From a virus (lineage: Duplodnaviria; Caudoviricetes), in the IMG/VR virus record IMGVR_UViG_3300014204_000111, positions 32,001-96,000 of that record: 64,000 nt of DNA, one strand, 5' to 3'. A program made the position numbers and the translations under genes. This document shows, piece after piece, positions 55,726-64,000 of the stretch. Numbering within the stretch: position 1 is the stretch's first letter; each line of letters opens with the position of its first letter. Under the pieces are notes generated by a model. That model searched no databases and was not told the origin of the DNA. It saw only the letters and a program-made list of their open reading frames with translations.

Positions 55726-55899
55726 ACCAGGAGATGCTCATAGGGTAAATGGGCGATGGAGTTTCTAAGCGGTCAAGAGGTAATAGATAGACACGAAGCG
55801 GCTTCCAGTTGTTTTGTGAACTTTTGATAGTCGGTAGAGACTCTTTGATTATCTCTGTAATCTTAAATCAAAAGAATGGTTCGAATCCTTCCCCTGGTA
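55726..55899 (+). ncRNA. 174-nt tRNA-like RNA with greatly extended anticodon arm
   Basis: ACCAGG/CCTGGT acceptor, 6-bp D stem, GGTTCGAATCC T arm. Confidence 0.65.
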
Positions 55900-56088
55900 T
55901 TTTTATGAATATATTAAAAGAATACTCATTTTTAATTACAAGAATAATGTGGTCTATTGTTTGTAATAGACATACACACCCAAGAATACGTTATTTTATG
56001 CGTGATAATCCTGCAAGTGTGCATAAAAATTGGGTTTTACTTAAAAGAATATTCTCCCAAATAATAAGGGATGTACAGGAGTATCGTG

Positions 56089-57081
56089 ATGATTAATAGA
56101 TTTCCTCATATTGCTAGATTGGGGTCAAGAGAAAGTGAAGGAGTTTTTGACTCTGATGTACAAATAACCGAAAAAATCGACGGCTCTACGTTTGCTTTTG
56201 GTAAACTTCATGGTAAAGTTCGTATGAGAACTAATTCTCAAGAGATTCAATTAGGACAACATCCTGAAATGTTTCGTAACGCTGTTATGGTTGTTCAAGA
56301 ATTGAAAGATAGACTTCCTGAAGATGTTATCTTCTATGGAGAGTATCTTCGTAAGAATCGTCACAATGCTTTAACTTATGGTCGTATCCCTAAGAACCAT
56401 ATTATGATTTTCGGTATTCTCGCTAATGGTGAATGGATTACTGATTATAATAAAATGGCTGCTTATGCTGAATCTTTTGGTTTTGAGTCTGTTCCTCTAT
56501 TATTTCAAGGAAAAGTTACATCTTTTAAAGATATTGAGCCTTTGTTAGAAGGTGAAAGTATTCTTGGTGGAAGGATGGAAGGTGTTGTTATCAAGAACTT
56601 TGCTCAAACCATGCATTATAAAGATAAAGAGCAATTGCAGTTTATCAAGTTTGTTAACGATAGTTTTAAAGAAGTCCGTCACATTTCCAAAGATGCAAAG
56701 CAAATTGGACGTTTGGGTGAAACTCTACAAACTAAAAGCAACCTAGATGGTTTGCAATTGGATTTAGATATTCTGACTCAGGCATTTGTGACGGACGCTC
56801 GTTGTCATAAAACTATTCAGCATCTTCATGAAGATGGAAAGTTAAAACTTGATTATTGTGATTTTCCAGTGTTAATGAAAGAATTGGCTTCTGATTTTAT
56901 TTCTGAAGAGAAACTTTCTTGTATTGAAGAGCTAAAGAAATTATTGGTTGGTCGTTGTGATGAAAGACTCATTGACCAATCGGCAGATAATTTGTGGAAA
57001 CAGATTTTTTCTAAGCAAGTTTGTAAAGCTCTTCAACATAAAATGACTGGTATTTATAAAGCTTGGCTGCTGGAGAGATAA
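56089..57081 (+). CDS. RNA ligase (Rnl2-like)
   Basis: TEKIDGS, FYGE, FG, VPLL, EGVVIK, KFV. Confidence 0.8.
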   Translation: MINRFPHIARLGSRESEGVFDSDVQITEKIDGSTFAFGKLHGKVRMRTNSQEIQLGQHPEMFRNAVMVVQELKDRLPEDVIFYGEYLRKNRHNALTYGRIPKNHIMIFGILANGEWITDYNKMAAYAESFGFESVPLLFQGKVTSFKDIEPLLEGESILGGRMEGVVIKNFAQTMHYKDKEQLQFIKFVNDSFKEVRHISKDAKQIGRLGETLQTKSNLDGLQLDLDILTQAFVTDARCHKTIQHLHEDGKLKLDYCDFPVLMKELASDFISEEKLSCIEELKKLLVGRCDERLIDQSADNLWKQIFSKQVCKALQHKMTGIYKAWLLER

Positions 57082-57083
57082 TT

Positions 57084-58100
57084 ATGAATATTCAAGAAAT
57101 ACAAGAGAATGCAAAAGAATATATTAAGGAAGTTATTGAGGTTCCAACAGGCCACATTTTGATTATTCAAGGTGAACACGGCCTGTTGGAATGTTTGTCT
57201 CTTTCTGATTATGGAAAAGAAAAGAATGTTAAAGCATCTTTTCTTGGATTAGAGAATGATATTAATGGCGTTATTCACGGAGAGATGTTACCATTAGAAG
57301 ATAAATGGGTAATTACTATTTCTTCTCAATATGGTTGCTCAATGGGATGTAAATTCTGTGATGTTCCTAAAGTTGGCCCAGGACGTAATGCAACAGAAAC
57401 AGATATTCTTCGTCAATTCTTTGCGGTAATGTCTCTTCATCCTGAAGTAAAGAGTTCAAGAATTAATCTACATTATGCTAGAATGGGAGAGCCTTCATTT
57501 AATCATACGAATGTAATAAAGTCAGCTTGTAAACTGTCTCTCTGGTTTAAAAAAACTAATTATCAGTTTCATCCAGTTGTTTCCACTATGATGCCTAAAA
57601 ATAATACTTATCTACGTAATTTCTTATATAATTGGATGCAGTTTAAAGAAGATAATGATGGTGAAGCGGGACTTCAATTAAGTATTAACTCTACTGATAG
57701 AGAACAAAGAAAGAATATTTTTGGTGGAACAGCATCAAATTTAGATTCAATTAGCTCTTTAGTTGAATTTTTACCTGTTTCTCGTCGAAAGATTGCTCTT
57801 AATTTTGCTCTATGTTCTGATTCTATTATTGATGCAAAAGAGTTAAAGAGGCTCTTTAGTCCTGATAAGTTTATGTGCAAAATTACACCAATGCATGAAA
57901 CAAAAGCTTGTGAAGTAAACAATCTCCATACTCCAGAAGGATATAGCTCATTTGTTTCTTATAAGCCTATTGAAGAGGCTCTAAAAGCAGAAGGGTTTGA
58001 TGTTATTGTCTTTGTTCCTTCTCTTGAGGAAGATAAAGGAAGAATTACTTGTGGTAACGCTATTCTAAGTGATGAAAGATTTAAGGAGATAAATAAATGA
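57084..58100 (+). CDS. RlmN/Cfr-like radical SAM RNA methyltransferase
   Basis: ISSQYGCSMGCKFC, MGEP, LSINS, C-terminal TCG. Confidence 0.8.
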   Translation: MNIQEIQENAKEYIKEVIEVPTGHILIIQGEHGLLECLSLSDYGKEKNVKASFLGLENDINGVIHGEMLPLEDKWVITISSQYGCSMGCKFCDVPKVGPGRNATETDILRQFFAVMSLHPEVKSSRINLHYARMGEPSFNHTNVIKSACKLSLWFKKTNYQFHPVVSTMMPKNNTYLRNFLYNWMQFKEDNDGEAGLQLSINSTDREQRKNIFGGTASNLDSISSLVEFLPVSRRKIALNFALCSDSIIDAKELKRLFSPDKFMCKITPMHETKACEVNNLHTPEGYSSFVSYKPIEEALKAEGFDVIVFVPSLEEDKGRITCGNAILSDERFKEINK

Positions 58101-58593
58101 TACCACTATGGGCTATTTGGATTGTTTGTATTAGCTTAATTTTGTTAACAGCAAGAATTTGGCTCCCTATTTTAATTGTTGTTTTTACTCTTTTTGTATC
58201 AGTGATAGCTATAATAATGCAATTGATAGGAGACGCATTTCAGTGGTGGGCTGATTTATTTAAATAATGTTAAGACAATTTATCATTAAAATAGTATATG
58301 TTGTCTATTGGAAGAATACATTGTCCCATAGAGATATACCAGGAGATATATTTTTTAGGTATAAATGTTATAAATATGCTAAAACTACGTCTGGTTTTTT
58401 TAGCGCTGCACAAACATCCTCTGGATTTAAGAAGTTAAAAAACAAGGTATTGCATGGATAAATTTTTAAAATCGATTTTTTCTATTTTTAGAAAAAATCA
58501 TAGACTATTGTTACTCTATAATTATGTAAGTTTGAAAAATTCTTTTGATGATAGGATTTTTTGGGCTAAAAGAAACAGGGATATGTGAATCCT

Positions 58594-58621
58594 GTTTAGA
58601 ATCGTGTGGGTTGGGTATAAT
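58594..58621 (+). promoter_or_regulatory. Phage promoter (SigB-like)
   Basis: GTTTAG-N13-GGGTATAAT. Confidence 0.75.
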
Positions 58622-58630
58622 ATAAAACAA

Positions 58631-58705
58631 GGGAAGATAGCTCAATTAGTAGAGTGCTAGATTGAAACTTTGGTGACATTGGTGCAATTCCATTTCTTCC
58701 CACCA
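58631..58705 (+). tRNA. tRNA-Phe(GAA)
   Basis: ctaga-ttGAAac-tttgg, ACCA. Confidence 0.85.
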
Positions 58706-58712
58706 TAATTTC

Positions 58713-58790
58713 GGGCCTATAGCTCAGTTGGTTTAGAGCAGCAAACTCATAATTTGTTGGTGGTAGGTTCGAGTCCTATTAGGCCCACCA
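58713..58790 (+). tRNA. tRNA with CAT anticodon, likely Ile2 (or elongator Met)
   Basis: GGGCCTATAGCTCAG..ctCATaa; GGGCCTA acceptor typical of Ile2. Confidence 0.88.
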
Positions 58791-59046
58791 CTTAATTTTA
58801 GGAGAAATATATGAAGAGAGAAATTTGGATGGCAAGCAAGGCGTTGAAAGGTGCGATTGAAACTCTTAATGCTTTATTTTGTTCAAGTGATAAAGAGAAA
58901 CAAATCAGCAAAAAACAAAAGAATCAATTGGTCAATTTGTTATGCGAGGACTTATCTCAAATGATGTTAGAAGATGCTTATGATATTATCAAAGAAGCTC
59001 TTAAGCAGAAGACTATTCAGACAGGTCATTAATATATCGTGGGAGA

Positions 59047-59826
59047 TTAAAGAGAGAATCTATCTTGTATATCTCTAATTGTTAGAGGTATTATTCCTGG
59101 GGAATGGTCTAGTTCCCAATGACAATTAGGACATAAGATAGTTAGGTTTTCAAGAGCATTAACTTCTGATATTTTAGCATCTTTTGGAAACGAAGAGACA
59201 GATTTGATATGGCATATTTCTACGTGCTTACCATATCCACAATTTGAACATTTCATATCTTGAACTTTGACATTAAATATAAAGAGGATAATTCTTTTAG
59301 CGTGTTCTCTAATTCTAGAAAAGACGTTTGTAGAATATTTAGACTTATGAATAACTGCCTCTAAAGTTATATCTCCAAAATCATTATTAGGTAAAGGAAT
59401 ATGTTTTGTATTTTCTCCAAAACAAGCAGGGGTAGTTGGAATTCTAGAAGAATAATATTTTTTTCTACATTTTGGACAATATTTGTTACTTCTAGGGATT
59501 GATTCTCCACATTCAATACATTGTCCTAAAGGTTGCATTCTTTTTCGTGGAGTATGAGCGTTATTATAAATTGCTCCACAAGTTTGTGAACAGAATGTGT
59601 TGGTTATTTTAGTTAAACTAGAAATTGTTCTAATAATTTCTGTGCCACATTGTTTACAATGTGTTCTTATATTTTCTTTTTGAGAAGCATCTATAAAACA
59701 TTGCATTGTACAATAGTTATTATCACCAAGGTCTTTTCGATATTTGATAAATTCAATATCGCAATGGTCACATTTGACTAGAATGGTTTTATCCGTTAGT
59801 TTTAAAGGTTTACGTGTTCTTTGCAT
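59047..59826 (-). CDS. HNH endonuclease with Cys-rich repeats (paralogue of 53223-53840)
   Basis: CSNCGY..HVEICHIK, NLTILCPNCHWELDH. Confidence 0.88.
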   Translation of the reverse strand: MQRTRKPLKLTDKTILVKCDHCDIEFIKYRKDLGDNNYCTMQCFIDASQKENIRTHCKQCGTEIIRTISSLTKITNTFCSQTCGAIYNNAHTPRKRMQPLGQCIECGESIPRSNKYCPKCRKKYYSSRIPTTPACFGENTKHIPLPNNDFGDITLEAVIHKSKYSTNVFSRIREHAKRIILFIFNVKVQDMKCSNCGYGKHVEICHIKSVSSFPKDAKISEVNALENLTILCPNCHWELDHSPGIIPLTIRDIQDRFSL

Positions 59827-59880
59827 AGTATACTACTTTACCCATTTTTTACAGGTTCAAATCGTGAATATCTGATAGTT

Positions 59881-59909
59881 GTTTGAGATGTCACTGACAA
59901 GGGTATGAT
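59881..59909 (+). promoter_or_regulatory. Phage promoter (SigB-like)
   Basis: GTTTGA-N14-GGGTATGAT. Confidence 0.7.
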
Positions 59910-59919
59910 ATTACATCAA

Positions 59920-59995
59920 CCGCAGAGGGAAGGCTCAGTTTAGCCTCGAAATTCTTATAAAATTTTATACTTTCGTGCAACTCGAAATCTGCGGA
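59920..59995 (+). tRNA. Atypical tRNA with TAT anticodon (Ile-UAU)
   Basis: CCGCAGA/TCTGCGG acceptor, aaatt-ctTATaa-aattt, tttcg-tgcaact-cgaaa. Confidence 0.7.
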
Positions 59996-60344
59996 CTTAA
60001 TTTAAATATAACCTTGAAGGAATATAATATGAGTAAAGTGGAGAACTAAAGGTTTCAATAAATAGTTAATAAACCCAGTAAGTGTTAATGATTTCTTTAA
60101 CAAACATAGTGAATTTAACAAAAATATAAGTAATAATATTATGGAGAAAATAGATAAACAATATAAACCATTGAAAGATATGATAACTAAGTCAATAAAA
60201 GAAAATCAGACACTTACTAATATGGGTTTATGAAGTTTAATTTAGGAGTATCAATGCTTATTTTATGGTTTAGTATTGGATTTATAATTGGAGTGATTGT
60301 TGGCGGAGCATTTGTTGTAGGTGTGTTAGAAGGATTTTAAATAA

Positions 60345-60429
60345 GGTAGGATATGCAAACTGGTTAAGCGGCATATCTGATAAGTATGTGGAGCAATCCG
60401 TGTTGGTTCGAATCCAACTCCTACCACCA
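60345..60429 (+). tRNA. tRNA with GAT anticodon (Ile) and long variable arm
   Basis: catat-ctGATaa-gtatg; GGA-GCAA-TCC arm; ACCA. Confidence 0.85.
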
Positions 60430-61275
60430 TTAAATATAAAGAGAGAAAGAAATGACACTAAATCGTTTTAAAGATAAATTATTTATATGGTATTCCATGA
60501 ATTTTTCTGTAGGTTGGTGGATTTTAAAAAAAGAAAACCATAAAGGTTTATTAGATTCTAAACGAAAGTTTATAACTAGATGGGGAATGGGCTGTTATAT
60601 GCCAAAAAAATCATTAGTTATTGTTTTTCATGTTCCACGATTTAAGCCATATAAAACTAAGTTCCAAGCAGAGGAAGTTATTTCAGATTTTCTTCATGCA
60701 ATAAATAAGGATAAAGTAGGTTAATAGAATGACAAAAAGAGATTGGCTGTGGGTTCTATTTTGGTTAGGATTTTTAACTAGTGGATTAACATGGATAGCA
60801 GGATGTATCGTCTATATATACAGTGAAGAGCAAAAGACATTTGGCTTGTTGTTGTTTGGATTCTTTTAGTTAATCCTAAGAATCCAGAAGAGGTTAAGCC
60901 TGTATATGTTGAAGCAAGAGTTATTGTAAGTCCGTTTAAACTAGAGTAATAGGTTATAATAATGAAAAAAGAAGATGTTAAAAAACTTTTAGATAAGCAA
61001 ACAACATATTCTTCTGAAGAAGGCTTCCTTGTAGCAGAAGAGAGCGCGAAAGAGAGCGCTCTCTCTATGGTATTATCTTTAACGACCACAATAGAGCCTT
61101 ATTTTGATACCACTCTAGATAATGGAGTTGATATATATTACGATACTAATAACAATGAATTACAAATTCATTGTCCTCCTCTTGGTTCTTCAAATTTTTA
61201 TTGTTTTACTAATATCAATGGTAAACGTAAATTAACTAGAAACCCTTCTCATGAAGAACTGGTTGAATTTTTAAT

Positions 61276-61341
61276 GCTTCTGTAGTACAAAAGATAGTAT
61301 ATTGGTCTACGAAACCGAAGATGCAATTTCTTTCAGAAGCT
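61276..61341 (+). tRNA. Truncated tRNA-Arg(ACG)
   Basis: Perfect acceptor GCTTCTG/CAGAAGC, ttggt-ctACGaa-accga; variable/T region shortened. Confidence 0.6.
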
Positions 61342-62022
61342 CTTTATATTTTAGGAGTTAATTATGACCAAAATGTATAAATGTATTGACTGCGGAGTTG
61401 ATACACAGAAGATTGATGAATATTACATTGTTCACAATTGGGTATGGAATGAAGCAATGCCAATGACTCCAATAAATGCTATTTATATTGAGGATGGGAA
61501 AGTAAAAACAGATGTTCTTTTAAGACAAGGGAAAGGAATGCTTTGTATTGGTTGTCTTGAGAGAAGACTCAGACGTAAGTTAACTAAGAAAGATTTCCTA
61601 GATTGTCCTGTTAATACAGATAATAAAAGATGGCCTAAGAGCAAAAGATTAAGAAAGAGGATGAAGAGATGATTTCACCTTTTAGACATGAAATTGGTAG
61701 AAGTAGAATTTACAGTCAAGAGCAAAGTCCTAGAGTTTTTGAAGTTTGGATTGAATTAGAAGATGGAAGTCAATATCCTTATAGAGGTAACTACAGTAAA
61801 CCTGTTAGCAAACCATATAGAGATAGATGGCTTAAAAACGAACAAGAAGGGTATGACGGATTGAATCCTAGAAAGTTAAATTCAAAACCTAAAAGAATAT
61901 TTATTTTAGAAGTTTGGTTAGAAGTCGTCGAGGTACGTGAAATATGATTGATATACTTGTTTATCATTATTTTGATGATTCTATCTTTGTGGTAGATTTC
62001 TATCGTTAAATAAAGAGAAGTT

Positions 62023-62050
62023 GTTTGAGCCGTTTCGTTCTGGGTATAAT
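62023..62050 (+). promoter_or_regulatory. Phage promoter (SigB-like)
   Basis: GTTTGA-N13-GGGTATAAT. Confidence 0.75.
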
Positions 62051-62269
62051 AAGTCAGTGCGAAATAAATATACAGGTATAAATAAATGACATATAAAGAG
62101 GCAAGAGAAAAGCAAGATTTATTGTTTGCTACATATCCTTATCTTCCAGTTAAGATGTGGCAAAATAATAAGGGAGAATGGATTTTATCTATTGAGGAAA
62201 ACCTTGTTACATCACAGAATGTAGATTCTTATTTATATTTACAAGAAACAAAGAGTTGGGGATAAAGAA

Positions 62270-62551
62270 ATGTTAAAACTTAGATTATGGTTAGATGATG
62301 TTCGTCCTGCTCCAATCCTAGATAGTTGGATGGTAGCAAAGAATTATCAAGAGGCAATTACTTTAATTGATAAATATACGTTCTTTCTTTGCTCTTTAGA
62401 CCATGATTTAGGTGAAGAGAAAGATGGTGCTGATGTTTTACAGTATATGATAGATAATGATAAGGTTCCTGAATTGGTATTGATTCATTCTAAGAATCCT
62501 GTTGGAGTTGCAGAAATGAATAGAATGCTAAATCGTTATTGGGATAAATAA
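62270..62551 (+). CDS. Cyclic-phosphate-processing receiver-domain protein
   Basis: LWLDDVRPAP, SLDHDLG, IHSKNPVG. Confidence 0.75.
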   Translation: MLKLRLWLDDVRPAPILDSWMVAKNYQEAITLIDKYTFFLCSLDHDLGEEKDGADVLQYMIDNDKVPELVLIHSKNPVGVAEMNRMLNRYWDK

Positions 62552-62812
62552 ATGGATATTAAACAAACTCTTATTGCAATGCTTGATTTAAAAGATAAAA
62601 TAGACAAAAGAAAAGATATTTTATGTCAACGTATATCTCCGTCTATATTATATACATATCTTCTTTATAATAAAGATAAAGAGTATGCTGATTTGCTAAA
62701 TCAATTTAATCAGTTAAGAATTGATTTAGCTCATTCTTTAGAAAACTCATATGAAAGTATGGGCGATTTATTAGATTATGTAAAAAGTTCGATAGATTCT
62801 AAGTAAAGCCGT

Positions 62813-62840
62813 GTTTGAGACTCTTCATCTTGGGTATAAT
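62813..62840 (+). promoter_or_regulatory. Phage promoter (SigB-like)
   Basis: GTTTGA-N13-GGGTATAAT. Confidence 0.75.
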
Positions 62841-62845
62841 AACAT

Positions 62846-62951
62846 GCGAGACAAAACTGACGGCTATGACGCACACCGCAATCATGGTTGATAACCTAAT
62901 AAATCTATGACTTGGCTCCGTTGATAGAAATGGAGAAGTAGCGTTTCTCGT
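62846..62951 (+). ncRNA. Candidate ~105-nt structured RNA
   Basis: Starts at predicted TSS; GCGAGA/TCTCGT closing stem; two internal hairpins. Confidence 0.45.
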
Positions 62952-62961
62952 TCTATAATAT

Positions 62962-63036
62962 GTCCCCGTGGTGTAAAGAATAGCATACGACTCTTCTAAA
63001 GTCTTGGATAAGGTTTGATTCCTTACGGGGATACCA
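62962..63036 (+). tRNA. tRNA-Arg(TCT)
   Basis: gact-ctTCTaa-agtc, ACCA. Confidence 0.85.
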
Positions 63037-63068
63037 TTTTAAATCATTTTGTAAATATAAATAATTAT

Positions 63069-63148
63069 GGAAGCAAAGCTCATTTGGATTGAGCATTCGA
63101 CTTTTAATCGAAAGGTAGGTTTGGGTTCGAATCCCCCTGCTTCCACCA
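63069..63148 (+). tRNA. tRNA-Lys(TTT), enlarged variable region
   Basis: ttcga-ctTTTaa-tcgaa, ACCA. Confidence 0.8.
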
Positions 63149-63163
63149 AATTAACTATTATAT

Positions 63164-63237
63164 GGGTCGTTAATTCAACGGTAGAATAAGTGACTTTTAA
63201 TCATTCTATGAAGGTTCGATTCCTTCACGACCCACCA
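63164..63237 (+). tRNA. tRNA-Lys(TTT)
   Basis: agtga-ctTTTaa-tcatt, ACCA. Confidence 0.9.
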
Positions 63238-64000
63238 ATTTTAACTATGAAAGATACATCAAAGACAATACTTATCTATATATATTTGGCAATACATAGA
63301 TTACATACTAGATTATATAATAAACATCGTGATTATTTATATAAATTCTCAGATGTGTGGACAGAAATAAAGAATGTCAAAACTAAAGTTTCTCTTCAAA
63401 ATAGCAAAGTATATAGATGACTTATCTTGGAACTGTATGTATCAAAAAGTCTTTATGACTAAATTATCTGAGAAATGGAAACCAATAAAAGATGCTTATG
63501 CCTATTATCAAGAAAGATTAAGAGCAAATGACTAATATATTATTCCTTACTTCTTATTATATACGATGGAATATAATAAGACTAAGACGAAAATTAGATA
63601 AGACACTTAATATTTTCCAAACGTTATATCCAAGAAGAATATATCATAATTGGGAATCAATTAAAAAGGCAATAAAAATATGAAAACAAAAATTATTAAA
63701 ACTGAAGTGATTGAAACTCTTCATCATATATTTCCTAGTGGCGCAATTATTGAAGAGGTTCGTTCTTCTATTAAAAAGAAATCTCAATATAAAATTATAG
63801 ACGGTACAAAAAGAAATCAATCATATTTTTATATTGACCAAGAAGTATATAAAATGAATTATAATAACCATTATTATGATGATTTTTATAAACTATCTAT
63901 TCCTCCAGAAAAATTGATGTTATTTGATGATATTGATACTTCTAAGTTAATTAATTTTCAGATTATGCAAAATGGATTTCTTTATCCTTTTAATAGTGAT

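Noticed and set aside
55749-55765. Fluoride riboswitch-like GGCGATGGAGTT
   Set aside because: Downstream CGCC and CTRATGAC elements are absent; the bases fit the tRNA-like fold.
1088-60000. Short antisense ORFs within long genes (e.g. 1088-, 3716-, 7079-, 15166-, 31555-, 57674-)
   Set aside because: No RBS or motifs, and fully overlapped by well-supported + strand genes.
1-64000. Stop-codon reassignment
   Set aside because: Conserved genes are intact in the standard code, and TAG and TGA end genes at expected positions (recA ends in TAG).

Overview
AT-rich segment of a large dsDNA bacteriophage genome, mostly on the + strand, with no evidence of recoding. No capsid, terminase or tail genes were recognised. 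1-18.5 kb is a replication/recombination block (SigB/F-like sigma, Rad52-like SSAP, DnaB, SbcCD, RecA, ClpP-like, Cas4-like nuclease, CHAP endolysin, RuvB). 18.5-45 kb holds accessory genes (HD hydrolase, Gp88-like Fe-S protein, thioredoxin, deformylase, ECF sigma, PncB-PncA, DNA ligase) and four tRNAs. 45-64 kb is a large tRNA island. The window has about 27 tRNA genes, one with a group I intron. The island also carries an RNA ligase, an RlmN-like enzyme, several unassigned structured RNAs and >20 related hypervariable microprotein ORFs. Nine free-standing HNH genes are scattered through the window. A recurring GTTTRA-N13/14-GGGTATAAT promoter matches SigB-type consensus. Most notable: (1) a covarying pseudoknotted leader RNA with a variable loop in front of two HNH genes; (2) the microprotein array; (3) compensatory rewriting of the D/T-loop elbow in about 13 tRNAs; (4) a 174-nt tRNA-like RNA and a ~335-nt structured RNA. 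All calls were made by eye, without database searches or folding programs.
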